Source: Desulfomonilia bacterium (GTDB taxonomy: Bacteria; Desulfobacterota; Desulfomonilia; UBA1062). Taken from it: a stretch of DNA of 64,000 nt. The notes under the pieces are model-generated. The model was not told the origin of the DNA, ran no database searches, and saw nothing but the letters and a program-made list of their open reading frames with translations. A program made the position numbers and the translations under genes. The DNA lies in the NCBI GenBank assembly GCA_050014195.1, contig JBEKDT010000002.1, positions 224,001 to 288,000 on the forward strand, given 5' to 3'. Positions 19,702 to 29,572 of the stretch are shown here, one piece after another. The stretch's first letter is position 1. Every line of letters starts with the position of its first letter.

Positions 19702-21138
19702 ATGATCAAATTCAGTAAGCAACAGTTGAAGGTACCCAAGTTGATGAGGCCGGTATACCTGGTGTCTGCAGGGCAATCGAAATTTGACAGGGCCATGCCT
19801 GACAAACGTACGGAGGAGCTTTGTATAGACGCATTCACTATGGCAGCGGACCTCCTGAATATGTCGCCGGCTGAACTGAAGCGATATATTCATACCTGCT
19901 ACTACGGTCATTTTGCCGACCACTTCGGAGACCAGCTCCTGGGCGAGGCGGTCATACACGACAGGCTCGGCCTGGACCCGCTCGGCAATAGCGGCATAAA
20001 GACCGGTGGTGCAACGGGCGGTTCCACGCTCTGGGAGGCCATGAAGACCGTTGCTTCAGGGTATTCCGACTGCGTGCTTGCCATGGGCTGGGAGAGGATG
20101 GACGAGGTCCCCACGGACGAGGGCAACTTCCTGATATCGTGCGCCGCGGACAAGGATTGGGAATCCCCTCTGGGGCACATCTATACCGGTTATTATGCCG
20201 TTATGGCCCAGAAATACTGGCAGGTCTTCGGAAAGGCCGAGGACTCGTTCAGGAGGACGCTGGCCGAGATCTCTGTGAAGCACCACGGCTATGCCCGCTT
20301 CAACCCGTTCGCCCACGGCCCCATGAAGATCACGGTTGATGATGTCTTGAAATCACCGATAATCGCAGATCCGTTGAGGGCTCTGGATGCGTGCCTCATG
20401 AGCGTTGGCGCTGCGTGCGCGATTGTCTGTGACGAGGATACGGCGGTTAAGCTGACGAAGAACTCCAAGAACGTGCCCTTGAGAATCTGGGTGGCTGCCG
20501 GCTCTCACACTTTGCGACCCGCGGACAGAAGGGACATGGAGATACCGCTTCTGCCCAATGAGACAGCGGATCAGTACAAGAATTTGGGAAAAGAGTTTCC
20601 CGGCGGTGAGAGGTATCCCGGTTTCACGGGATTCCTGGGCGCCCGCATGGCGGCATGGTACGGATACCGCATGACAGGCATCAAAGACCCCTTAAAGGAC
20701 CTGGATGTGATCGAACTGCACGATGCATTCACCATCAGCGACGTGCAGACCTATGAGGATATCGGGTTGAGGCCCTACGGCTATGGACGCGACTATGTGG
20801 AGTCCGGTGACTGCTATCATACCAACCCCAAGACAGGCAAGCCGGGCAAGCTCCCGTCTAACATATCGGGAGGCCTGCTTGGATGCATGCACGCGGTGGG
20901 GGCAACAGGCATCATGCAGACATTCGAGATTGCGACCCATATCTGGAACCGGTGGGCAGAGATACATGGAGATGAAAAGCTCTGGAAGAAATTCAACAGG
21001 AAGAAGCCTTCCGACTGGAAGAACCTGCAGGTCAAAGGGGCCAAGAGGGCCCTTGCCATAAGTCATGCCGGTGTAGGGTCGCACGTGACGGCAACGATTC
21101 TGATGCATCCTGATCATTTATTGAAAAAAGACGCATAA
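19702..21138 (+). CDS. Thiolase-superfamily protein (SCP-x/DUF35-associated type)
   Basis: Thiolase fold motifs ELHDAF and NISGGLLGCMHAVGATG; the nucleophile region reads KTGGATG. Confidence 0.88.
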   Translation: MIKFSKQQLKVPKLMRPVYLVSAGQSKFDRAMPDKRTEELCIDAFTMAADLLNMSPAELKRYIHTCYYGHFADHFGDQLLGEAVIHDRLGLDPLGNSGIKTGGATGGSTLWEAMKTVASGYSDCVLAMGWERMDEVPTDEGNFLISCAADKDWESPLGHIYTGYYAVMAQKYWQVFGKAEDSFRRTLAEISVKHHGYARFNPFAHGPMKITVDDVLKSPIIADPLRALDACLMSVGAACAIVCDEDTAVKLTKNSKNVPLRIWVAAGSHTLRPADRRDMEIPLLPNETADQYKNLGKEFPGGERYPGFTGFLGARMAAWYGYRMTGIKDPLKDLDVIELHDAFTISDVQTYEDIGLRPYGYGRDYVESGDCYHTNPKTGKPGKLPSNISGGLLGCMHAVGATGIMQTFEIATHIWNRWAEIHGDEKLWKKFNRKKPSDWKNLQVKGAKRALAISHAGVGSHVTATILMHPDHLLKKDA

Positions 21139-21150
21139 AGGAGAAGGACA

Positions 21151-21741
21151 ATGAGCATGTTCGGTCAAGTTTATGTAAAGAACAATCAATATAAGATAAA
21201 GGGTAATTTTCACCACCTCACCCCCAATATGCCTATAAGAAATGCAGACGACGGCTGGAAGCTCATGGGGGTCACAAATCCAAGGGACATGACCTATATC
21301 CATTCATACGGCGGTGAGGCCCTATTCTTTGAATCTCTCTCCCAGGGAAAACTGATGGCCACCAAATGTGTCAACCCGAAATGTGAGTCCAAGGGCTCCA
21401 TATATCAGCCCTTCAGGATCTTCTGCCCCGATTGCCTGGGGAAGAACAAGGCAATAGACATGACGGCACTCGCACAAAAAACTGCGAAGGTCCATACGTT
21501 CATGGTGTGCGAGAGATCGGGCGCCTTCAGCCTGCTCGATAAGCCTATCAAATTCATCAACATAGAATTCGACGGCGTATGCACTATTTTGATGAGCTAT
21601 CTTGCAAAAGGCGACCCGAAGATAGGGATGAAGGTGGTACCCATATTCCAGAGGTTGAACCCGACCTACACCATCCTGGATCTTGCCTGGGTGCCTAAGG
21701 GTACGAAGGCTGATTCTCTGCCGCAAGGATTCTCATTTTGA
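21151..21741 (+). CDS. DUF35 Zn-ribbon/OB-fold protein
   Basis: KLMATKC...C...PFRIFCPDC and IGMKVVPIF; follows the thiolase gene. Confidence 0.88.
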   Translation: MSMFGQVYVKNNQYKIKGNFHHLTPNMPIRNADDGWKLMGVTNPRDMTYIHSYGGEALFFESLSQGKLMATKCVNPKCESKGSIYQPFRIFCPDCLGKNKAIDMTALAQKTAKVHTFMVCERSGAFSLLDKPIKFINIEFDGVCTILMSYLAKGDPKIGMKVVPIFQRLNPTYTILDLAWVPKGTKADSLPQGFSF

Positions 21742-21802
21742 TTGATGAACATATGCGGATGATTGTGAAGATTACTATTTTTTCCATGATTTGGAGGAAG
21801 CT

Positions 21803-22960
21803 ATGTGTGACTTTGGATTATCAAGCGAACAAAAGCTTCTCCGTCAAAACATCAGGGAGTTTGCCGAGAACGAGATAGCACCGGTTGCGCAGCAGCTTGA
21901 TGAGACGGAAACATTTTCAATCGAGCTTACCAGGAAGATGGCCGGCCTGGGGCTCTTCGGGATCGTGGTTGCCGAGGAATACGGCGGCGCCCACATGGAT
22001 TACCTGGCATACATAATCGCCATAGAGGAGATAGCCCGCATCGATGGTTCCCAGGCGGCTACCGTGGCGGCCGCCAATTCGCTGGGCATCGGCCCCATAT
22101 ACTACTTCGGGAACGAGAAGCAGAAGCAGGAATGGCTGCCCAGGCTCTGCAGCGGTGAGATTCTGGCATCCTTCGGCCTCACGGAAGCCGATGCCGGTTC
22201 CGATGCCGGGGCGAGCAAGACAACGGCCAGACTCGAAAACGGTCAGTGGGTGGTAAACGGCAGCAAGATTTTCATTACAAACTCGACTTCGGTGCTGTCA
22301 GGAATCTGTACGGTCCAGGCCATCACCGGGAAAAAACCCGACGGCAAGAAAGAGGTTTCCTGCATACTGGTACCAAACGGCACCCCCGGGTTCACAACAA
22401 AGAAGATGACCGGGAAGATGATGTGGAGATCTTCTGACACTGGGGAGCTGTACTTCGATGACTGCCACGTCCCGGAGGAGAACCTGCTCGGCAAGCAGGG
22501 AGACGGCTTTCACCAGATGCTCTCTACGCTGGACAACGGCAGGCTCGCCATTGCGGCCATGGGCCTGGGCGGGGCTCAGGGGGCGTTCGAGCTGGCACTC
22601 AAGTATGCAAAAACCCGGGAACAGTTCGGCAAGCCCATATGTTCCTTCCAGGTCAATGCCTTCAAGCTCGCCGACATGGACACCGAGATCGAGGTTGCCA
22701 GGGACCTGCTCTACAAGGCATGCAAGCTGAAAGACTCTAGCTTGCCCTTCCGCAAGCTGGCTGCCATGTCGAAGCTCTACTGCGCCGAGATGATGGGTCG
22801 GGTGGTGGACCAGGCCGTCCAGATACACGGCGGCTACGGCCTCATGAAGGAATACAACATCGAGCGCTTCTTCCGGGATTACAAACTGCTGACTATCGGT
22901 GAGGGAACCTCGGAGATCCAGCGTGTCGTTATTTCCAGGGAGATCGGATGTTATTCCTGA
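21803..22960 (+). CDS. Acyl-CoA dehydrogenase
   Basis: FGLTEADAGSD, NGSKIFIT, QIHGGYG and IGEGTSEIQR motifs. Confidence 0.95.
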   Translation: MCDFGLSSEQKLLRQNIREFAENEIAPVAQQLDETETFSIELTRKMAGLGLFGIVVAEEYGGAHMDYLAYIIAIEEIARIDGSQAATVAAANSLGIGPIYYFGNEKQKQEWLPRLCSGEILASFGLTEADAGSDAGASKTTARLENGQWVVNGSKIFITNSTSVLSGICTVQAITGKKPDGKKEVSCILVPNGTPGFTTKKMTGKMMWRSSDTGELYFDDCHVPEENLLGKQGDGFHQMLSTLDNGRLAIAAMGLGGAQGAFELALKYAKTREQFGKPICSFQVNAFKLADMDTEIEVARDLLYKACKLKDSSLPFRKLAAMSKLYCAEMMGRVVDQAVQIHGGYGLMKEYNIERFFRDYKLLTIGEGTSEIQRVVISREIGCYS

Positions 22961-22994
22961 TTCTAACATTAAATTGTAAAAAGGGAGTTTTCAG

Positions 22995-24017
22995 GTGTCG
23001 GCTATGAGCAAGGAAAAGATCGGGAAAAAAAATATCGAACTCAAATCAGGACTCAATGAATTGTTTACGAATCCTGACGCAGACACTGCCAGGGAATTTT
23101 TCAGGACAAAATCACGGGCGCTTAAACCGAAGCTTTCAACCGTGGAAGATGTTGTAAGGACTCTTCTGCATGACGGCGATTATATCGGAATAGGCGGGTT
23201 CGGCGCCAACAGGATACCCACTGCAATTCTTCACGAGATGGTAAGGCAGGGCAAAAAGCATCTGGGTCTCGCGGGTCATACCTCTACACATGATTTCCAG
23301 ATCCTTGTTGCGGGTGAATGTTTTGACCGGTGTGATATCGCATATGTAATAGGCCTTGAGGCGCGTGGACTTTCTCCCAATGCACGGCGGTACATCGAAA
23401 GCGGCAAGGTGAAGATCACCGAATGGACCAATGCAACACTTTCCTGGCGTATAAAAGCAGCTGCTATGGGGCTTTCCTTTCTACCGGCCAGGAACATGAT
23501 GGGGACGGATACATTCAAATACAGCGCAGCGAAAGAGATACTCTGCCCGTTCACCGGACAAAAATACGTTGCGCATCCGGCCCTCTATCCGGACTTTGCA
23601 GCCATCCATGTGCACGAGTGTGATATCTACGGCAACGCACACGTATATGGGGCCTCTGTCTCGGACCAGGATCTGGCAAAGGCCTCAAAGCGCGTCGTAC
23701 TTACCACGGAGAGGTTAATCTCGACCGAGAAGATCCGTCAGAATCCGGAGGCGACCTTTATTCCCTTCTGGTGTGTCGATGCGGTCATTGAGATTCCATA
23801 TGGAAGCTATCCAGGTAACATGCCGTATGAGTACTTCTCGGATGAGGAGCACCTGAGAGAGTGGCTCACCATTGAAAAGGACCCGGATGAATTCAAGAAG
23901 TTCATTGATAAGCAGATATATAAGACCAAGAATTTTTATGAATACCTCGAACTCAACGGCGGCATAGAGAAGATGAAGAAACTCCGGGCCATTGAACTCT
24001 TAATCGATAAAAAGTAG
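22995..24017 (+). CDS. Family I CoA-transferase subunit A (glutaconate CoA-transferase-like)
   Basis: DGDYIGIGGF, PALYPDFAAIHV...DIYGNA and VDAVIEIPYGSYP motifs. Confidence 0.88.
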   Translation: MSAMSKEKIGKKNIELKSGLNELFTNPDADTAREFFRTKSRALKPKLSTVEDVVRTLLHDGDYIGIGGFGANRIPTAILHEMVRQGKKHLGLAGHTSTHDFQILVAGECFDRCDIAYVIGLEARGLSPNARRYIESGKVKITEWTNATLSWRIKAAAMGLSFLPARNMMGTDTFKYSAAKEILCPFTGQKYVAHPALYPDFAAIHVHECDIYGNAHVYGASVSDQDLAKASKRVVLTTERLISTEKIRQNPEATFIPFWCVDAVIEIPYGSYPGNMPYEYFSDEEHLREWLTIEKDPDEFKKFIDKQIYKTKNFYEYLELNGGIEKMKKLRAIELLIDKK

Positions 24018-24027
24018 GGGTGCCAAG

Positions 24028-24798
24028 ATGGCTGACTATAATCAGATCGAGCTCATGATATGTGTTGCTGCAAGAAATCTGGAGGACGGATCAACCGTTG
24101 TCGTCGGTACAGGAGCCCCATGCGCCGCCGCGATGCTCGCACAGAAGACCCACTCACCCAACATCTGCATACTGTTTGAGGCAGGGGGCGTAGCGCCGAT
24201 CCTTCCCGCCATGCCCATATCGGTGGGCGACTCTAGGACGTTCCATAAGGCTATCATGGCGAGTTCAATGCCCGAGATCATGGAGACTTGCCAGCGCGGG
24301 ATGGTCGATTACACATTCCTCGGTGGTGCTCAGATTGATATGTACGGGAATATAAACTCAACGATGATAGGAAAAGATCACTCAAAGCCCACGGTAAGAT
24401 TTCCCGGGTCCGGAGGGGCGAATGACCTCGCATCACTGTGCTGGCGTACCATGATGATGACGGTACAGGATTCGAAGCGTTTTACGAACAATATCGATTT
24501 CATCACCTCTCCGGGATACCTCCAAGGAGGCAATTCGCGCTATGAGGCAGGGCTGCCGAAGGGAACGGGGCCTTACAGAATCATCACCCATATGGCCATC
24601 ATGGGTTTTGATGATGAGACCAAGAGGATGAAGGTACTCTCCATAAATCCCGGGTACACCAGTGAAGATGTCCAGGACAACTGCGGTTTTGAACTGCTGT
24701 GGGCGGACAATATAACTGAAACCGACCCCCCGCATGAATCCGAGCTTCGGATTCTGAGGGAAGAAGTCGATCCCAGCAGATATATCATAGGAAGGTGA
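24028..24798 (+). CDS. Family I CoA-transferase subunit B
   Basis: LFEAG catalytic Glu, FLGGAQIDMYGN, GSGGAND and DFITSPG motifs. Confidence 0.9.
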   Translation: MADYNQIELMICVAARNLEDGSTVVVGTGAPCAAAMLAQKTHSPNICILFEAGGVAPILPAMPISVGDSRTFHKAIMASSMPEIMETCQRGMVDYTFLGGAQIDMYGNINSTMIGKDHSKPTVRFPGSGGANDLASLCWRTMMMTVQDSKRFTNNIDFITSPGYLQGGNSRYEAGLPKGTGPYRIITHMAIMGFDDETKRMKVLSINPGYTSEDVQDNCGFELLWADNITETDPPHESELRILREEVDPSRYIIGR

Positions 24799-24877
24799 TG
24801 AGTTGAGGCAGGAGCTCGATTGAGGCATACCGAGAAATTTCAGGAGGCGCCTCTCTACAAAAGGCTGGAAGGATGAA

Positions 24878-25705
24878 ATGAGATCGGGCCGATCACTCGA
24901 AAAACTTGTCTTGTATCTCAAGCGACATCGCGTCGGCAAAGGAACCGTATTGATCGAGTCCCCCAAACGCATTCGTGACAAGTCAACAGGCCGCCTGTGC
25001 AAACATGATGTCGTCCTGACAATCAATCCCGGATATCATGCGGTGCTGGTTGCAATTGAATGCCGGGAACGAGGCCGGCCGGTCGGACTGTCTCAACTTG
25101 AGGCATTTGCTCAAAAGTGCTCGGCGACATCCATAAACAAATCCGTTATTGTCTCTTCTTGCGGTTTCACCAAAACCGCACTTTGCAAGGCAAAGGCACT
25201 TGGCATACATTGCCTGCCTCTTGAGCAAATTAAGAGTTTCCCCTGGTTTCATTGCGAGACGAAACTCCGTCAGATTCGAACGAATTACACACACATCGAT
25301 TTTGCGATTATCCCCGAGAAGGACTTTGTGAGAAAGCCTGCCTCATTCATGCTCATAAACGATGATGGAGAGACTATCTCCCCTGATATTTTACGCGACT
25401 ACCTGCTTGCTGCTTTGATCAAACGACAAGGAGAGCTATGCGATCTTAAAACCGGAGATAACGTTGAAAGAATCAGGATGCTCCCTAAAAACTTAAGCAT
25501 TATTGATATCGATACCGGCATAACCAAGAAAGTACGACAAATCAACTTGGTGGTATACTGCAAGAGCGAAGAGATGGAACAGTCTTTTCTATTGCAGGAG
25601 CACAAAGATACCAAGCCCGACACCTCTTATGCCCGGCTCCCGCGACTATTGAATAAGTCCGACTTCAGCGATGTTGGAATATTTATGCGTAAAAGTAAAA
25701 ATTAG
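24878..25705 (+). CDS. Mrr-like PD-(D/E)xK restriction endonuclease domain protein
   Basis: HDV...AIECRE...VG..QLEAF..K...IVSSCGFT..A pattern of Mrr_cat nucleases. Confidence 0.75.
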   Translation: MRSGRSLEKLVLYLKRHRVGKGTVLIESPKRIRDKSTGRLCKHDVVLTINPGYHAVLVAIECRERGRPVGLSQLEAFAQKCSATSINKSVIVSSCGFTKTALCKAKALGIHCLPLEQIKSFPWFHCETKLRQIRTNYTHIDFAIIPEKDFVRKPASFMLINDDGETISPDILRDYLLAALIKRQGELCDLKTGDNVERIRMLPKNLSIIDIDTGITKKVRQINLVVYCKSEEMEQSFLLQEHKDTKPDTSYARLPRLLNKSDFSDVGIFMRKSKN

Positions 25706-25799
25706 GGGAAAAGGGTGCAAATCTTTGACATAGCTGCTTATACGATACTGTCTTAATCCCAGTTCCCTATTTGAAGGATCAATTTTTACTTTCTACATA

Positions 25800-25940
25800 T
25801 ACGGTGGCGGCGGTGGGGACTGCTTCATATCAACTTCTGGTCCGGAAAGTCCTATTTCTCAAGGAGCGATTCCCCTGGTACTTACTGGTATTGCGCTCAT
25901 GGGTATTGCAAATCTCTTAAGAAAATATGCCAGCAACTAA
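25800..25940 (+). pseudogene. 3' remnant of a surface-protein gene (GGGGG-CFIST plus TM and basic tail)
   Basis: Translates YGGGGGDCFISTSGPESPISQGAIPLVLTGIALMGIANLLRKYASN*; no ATG before the upstream in-frame stop at 25731. Confidence 0.55.
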
Positions 25941-25954
25941 GATCCTAATATACT

Positions 25955-25992
25955 CAAAACAGGCAGATTCAATCTTGGCTCTGCCTGTTTTG
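25955..25992. terminator. Bidirectional intrinsic terminator-like hairpin
   Basis: CAAAACAGGCAGA...TCTGCCTGTTTTG 13-bp stem between convergent units. Confidence 0.7.
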
Positions 25993-26127
25993 TATGCTTG
26001 CAACAGATCCATAGGTCACCCATTCGTACTGGTCCGTCGTGGTGTTCTTGGTGCCGAAGAGCTTGTTGTCCGGCCACCTCTTCGCGCTGGTCTCGAAGAG
26101 ATCCACAAGGTTGTTCGGGCTGGTATA
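25969..26127 (-). pseudogene. 5' remnant of a long-chain fatty acid-CoA ligase
   Basis: YTSPNNLVDLFETSAKRWPDNKLFGTKNTTTDQYEWVTYGSVA resembles AMP-binding/FadD N-termini; truncated at the hairpin and has no in-frame start. Confidence 0.6.
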
Positions 26128-26201
26128 GTAACGGATGGGAGAAGAACACCCATGCCTTTATTGATCTTTCTTATCCACCCTCTATCTGGGCTTTCATTCG
26201 T

Positions 26202-26993
26202 TCATATCTTCCTGCCCGGAAGGCTCATCGAAGCGGTAATTCCTCCGTCCACCGGCAACGCCTGGCCCGTGATGTAGCTCGCCTCATCGCTGGCAAGGAA
26301 GATTATGGCCCAGGCAACCTCTTCCGGAACTGCTGCGCGCCTGAGCTCCGAATACTTGCCCACCTGCCCTTCCTTGCCCGCGCTCCTGGCGTAATCGAAA
26401 AAGGGCTGGGTCATGCCGGTCTCGATGAGGCCCGGGCACACGGCGTTGATGCGCACGCCGGCGTCACCTACCTCGCATGCCGAGGTCTGCGTGAAGTTGA
26501 TGAGTGCCGCCTTACTGGCGCTGTAGGAATTGCCGCCCGCCCCGGAGCGGATGCCGGCCACCGAGGCGATATTGATGATGGAGCCCCGGCGCCTTCCTTT
26601 CATGTGAGCGATGACATGCTTTGTCGTATAGACCGGACCCATGACATTGACGTCGAATACCCTGTGCCAGTCTTCCGAGGTCTGGTTCTCCAGGGTATCC
26701 AGCGCGCCCGGGATCCCTGCGTTATTTACCAGGATATCGATATTGGTGAAGGTTTCAATGGCAAGGCCGATCAGGTCTTTGACCTCTTCCTCCGACGACA
26801 CGTCGGTCTTTCTGATGAGTACCGACCCCCCCTTCGCAGCTATCTCATCACGCACCCGGGCAAGCTGCTCTTCGTTCATATCCGCAAGAACAAGGCATGC
26901 GCCTTCGCCGGCAAAGAGCAGGGCCGTGGCCCTGCCGATGCCGCTGGCGGCGCCTGTTATGACAGCCGTTTTACCGCTGAGACGTCCTCCCAT
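26202..26993 (-). CDS. SDR-family oxidoreductase
   Basis: TGAASGIG, NNAG, YSASK and VDGG motifs. Confidence 0.95.
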   Translation of the reverse strand: MGGRLSGKTAVITGAASGIGRATALLFAGEGACLVLADMNEEQLARVRDEIAAKGGSVLIRKTDVSSEEEVKDLIGLAIETFTNIDILVNNAGIPGALDTLENQTSEDWHRVFDVNVMGPVYTTKHVIAHMKGRRRGSIINIASVAGIRSGAGGNSYSASKAALINFTQTSACEVGDAGVRINAVCPGLIETGMTQPFFDYARSAGKEGQVGKYSELRRAAVPEEVAWAIIFLASDEASYITGQALPVDGGITASMSLPGRKI

Positions 26994-27048
26994 AGGCTTC
27001 TCCTAAAGAAGTATTTACGGTACCTGTCTGAAATGGGATACTGCCCTG

Positions 27049-28503
27049 TCAGCCATCAATCCCCTTCCAGGGGATAATCCCGGCCTTGCGCTTTGCCATC
27101 TCTTCGTACCTGCTCAAGGGCGACTCTGCCAGGATCATCATCTTCTGGGCCTCCATGGAGCCCTCGGCATGCACGGTGATTATCTCGTGGAAGGCCGATT
27201 CGTGAGAGCAGGTCTGCCGCATGGTCTCGTGGATCATCTTCATGCGCTCCAGGGTGCTGTACTTTGCAGAGCCGCCGAGGTAGTGCTCAAGGTAGTCGTG
27301 GAGGTCCGGGTGGTCCCAGTCCTTCTTGTCAGGCGCCGTGCCGATGATTCCCCCGCCGATGTCCTGGATGAGCTCGATGAAGGAGTGATACTTGCTGGCG
27401 AAATGGAGCTTGGCCATGTTGGCGATGAGCGGGTTGGGGACCGCGATGTCGTCGTACATGACAGGGTCCAAGGCCGCCGCATTGGTTAGTGCACGCAGCG
27501 TCTCCACGTAAGCTGCGATGTCGGCGAGCTTGTTCCGTATGTGGCCGACCTTTTCCAGGCCGTTGTACTTGGCCATGGCCACGGCGCAGCCCGCAGCGGT
27601 CTCCACCAGGGGGATCTTGTAGCTGATGGCCGTGAACCTGTGGAAGGTCGCGAATGTGTAGGCGAGCAGCATGGAATGCTGCCACTCGCCGCACATGAAA
27701 ACACGCTCCCAGGGGACAAAGACATTGTCAAAGATGATCATGGCCTCCGTGAGCGTCTTGATGGGGTTGTCCGGGTGGAAATCATGATCCGTCCAGGCTC
27801 CCCTTCCTCCCCTGCATATGAAGGTCACCCCCTTGGTATTGGACGGTATGGCGAAGCTCACCGCATACTCGGATTCGTTCTCGCGCATCTGCCTGGTGGG
27901 GATGACAACGATCTCGTTGACAATGGGACCGCTGGTTATATGCGCCTTTGCGCCCTTGACAATGATGCCGTCCTTGTTCCTGTCCACCACGTGGACATAG
28001 TAGTCCGGGTGCTTCTGGTTCGCCGGCTCCTTGGAACGGTCGCCCTTCACGCAGGTGACGGCGCCGCAGGTAAAGAGGTCTTTTGTTCGCAGATATTCCA
28101 GGAATTTGCGTGCATTGTCCTGGTACTCCTTCTTGCCCATCTTACCGGCCACCACAATGGCGGCATTCAGGCAGTCAGTGCCGATATCGCGGCCGAAGGG
28201 CAGATCGCCAAGCAGTTCGATGGAGCGCCGGATCATCTTGGACCGGTTGATGAGGTCCTCCGTTGTCCGTGGCGTGACATAGAACCTGCTGATGGGCTCC
28301 CCGGTTTCGGGATGCTTTGCGACATAGAGATCCCGTACGGCCGGGTCCTTGGAGGCGCACAACTCATAGCCTCCCCCCACCAGGTCGCAGGTGGGGCCGA
28401 GCACCGGGTGAGTGGTGACATCCTCCACCTTTTCCCCTTGGATGTACACGCGTCTGCCATCACGCAGACTTGCCTTGTATTCGTCTACGGTTCGGATTGC
28501 CAT
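27049..28503 (-). CDS. 4-hydroxyphenylacetate 3-hydroxylase / 4-hydroxybutyryl-CoA dehydratase family flavoprotein
   Basis: YKASLRDGRRVY, KGDRSK, GIIVKGAKAHIT, FDNVFVPWERVF and HAEGS motifs. Confidence 0.9.
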   Translation of the reverse strand: MAIRTVDEYKASLRDGRRVYIQGEKVEDVTTHPVLGPTCDLVGGGYELCASKDPAVRDLYVAKHPETGEPISRFYVTPRTTEDLINRSKMIRRSIELLGDLPFGRDIGTDCLNAAIVVAGKMGKKEYQDNARKFLEYLRTKDLFTCGAVTCVKGDRSKEPANQKHPDYYVHVVDRNKDGIIVKGAKAHITSGPIVNEIVVIPTRQMRENESEYAVSFAIPSNTKGVTFICRGGRGAWTDHDFHPDNPIKTLTEAMIIFDNVFVPWERVFMCGEWQHSMLLAYTFATFHRFTAISYKIPLVETAAGCAVAMAKYNGLEKVGHIRNKLADIAAYVETLRALTNAAALDPVMYDDIAVPNPLIANMAKLHFASKYHSFIELIQDIGGGIIGTAPDKKDWDHPDLHDYLEHYLGGSAKYSTLERMKMIHETMRQTCSHESAFHEIITVHAEGSMEAQKMMILAESPLSRYEEMAKRKAGIIPWKGIDG

Positions 28504-28568
28504 GGTGCTTCCTCCTTTGTTGTGTTCCTGTGAAAGGTGTTTTTCACTGAGCCTTCACGCGCTGCTGA

Positions 28569-29432
28569 TCATGAATGCACTTTTAAGAGCGTTTTCTCCA
28601 CCTTATCCATAATTCTCTGAAACGCCATGCCGGCAACACAGCTCATGTCATAGAGCATAAAGGGTTTCCCGTTGTCGGTGTCTTTTACCACAATAGGGTC
28701 GATAGGTATGGCACCGAGGAAAGGAACACCCATCTCATGGGCCGCCCGCTCACCGCCCCCGGCCTTGAACAGGTCTATTGCATGGCCGCAATGGGGGCAG
28801 GAAAATGTGCTCATATTCTCAATGATGCCGAGCATTGTAAGCTTTAATGCCCGTGCAAACTCCACGCTCTTGCGCGAGTCCAGCAGTGCCACATCCTGGG
28901 GTGTGGTCACGATCACGGCATAAGGGGTGTGTTCCGCATGGGCCTGGGAAATGATCTGTGCAATGGAAAGGGGCTCATCGCCGGTGCCCGGAGGGAGGTC
29001 CACGATGAGGAAATCCAGCTCGCCCCAGTTTACATCCTTGAGAAAATGCATCATGATCGAATGCTTCATGGGACCACGCCAGATAATAGGCTGGTCCTGG
29101 TTCTCCAGCAGGTTCCCCACGGAGACCACCTTGAGATTTTTATATGCCTCCACAGGCAGCATGTCCCCGTCTTTATCCCCCTTTAGGGTTTGGTTCTCCA
29201 CACCCAGGATCTTGGGGATGTTGGGACCGTGGATATCACCGTCGAGGATTCCTACGGCATATCCCTTTCTCGCCAGGCCGGCTGCCAGATTCGCGGCCAC
29301 GGTGGATTTGCCCACACCGCCCTTGCCGCTCATGATCATGATGGTATTCTTGATGCGTGAGATCCTCTGCTGAAGCTTCTCCTTCGAATCATCCTTCTTT
29401 TTGGATGAAGGCTTGTCCTTTATCTGGATCAT
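28569..29432 (-). CDS. Mrp/NBP35 (ApbC) Fe-S cluster carrier ATPase
   Basis: SGKGGVGKS, DLPPGTGD, TTPQ and ENMS..CPHC motifs. Confidence 0.95.
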   Translation of the reverse strand: MIQIKDKPSSKKKDDSKEKLQQRISRIKNTIMIMSGKGGVGKSTVAANLAAGLARKGYAVGILDGDIHGPNIPKILGVENQTLKGDKDGDMLPVEAYKNLKVVSVGNLLENQDQPIIWRGPMKHSIMMHFLKDVNWGELDFLIVDLPPGTGDEPLSIAQIISQAHAEHTPYAVIVTTPQDVALLDSRKSVEFARALKLTMLGIIENMSTFSCPHCGHAIDLFKAGGGERAAHEMGVPFLGAIPIDPIVVKDTDNGKPFMLYDMSCVAGMAFQRIMDKVEKTLLKVHS

Positions 29433-29572
29433 ATCCCGCCCTGTTGCATGACTGAAGCACGGTAGTGCTTAGCATAAAATCGCTATTTGCTCAAGGACAC
29501 GGGACAATCGGGCATTATCATAAAGGGATGCGTGGACATGAAACATTCCTTAAAACTTTTAAACCTGGAACT

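Noticed and set aside
25927-27077. ORFs 25927..26277, 25998..27077 and 25937..26149
   Set aside because: Shadow frames of the SDR gene and the FadD remnant.
27541-28533. Long antisense ORFs (also 15722..16633, 52484..53302, 35266..35970)
   Set aside because: Opposite well-supported genes in GC-rich coding DNA; expected codon-bias shadows.
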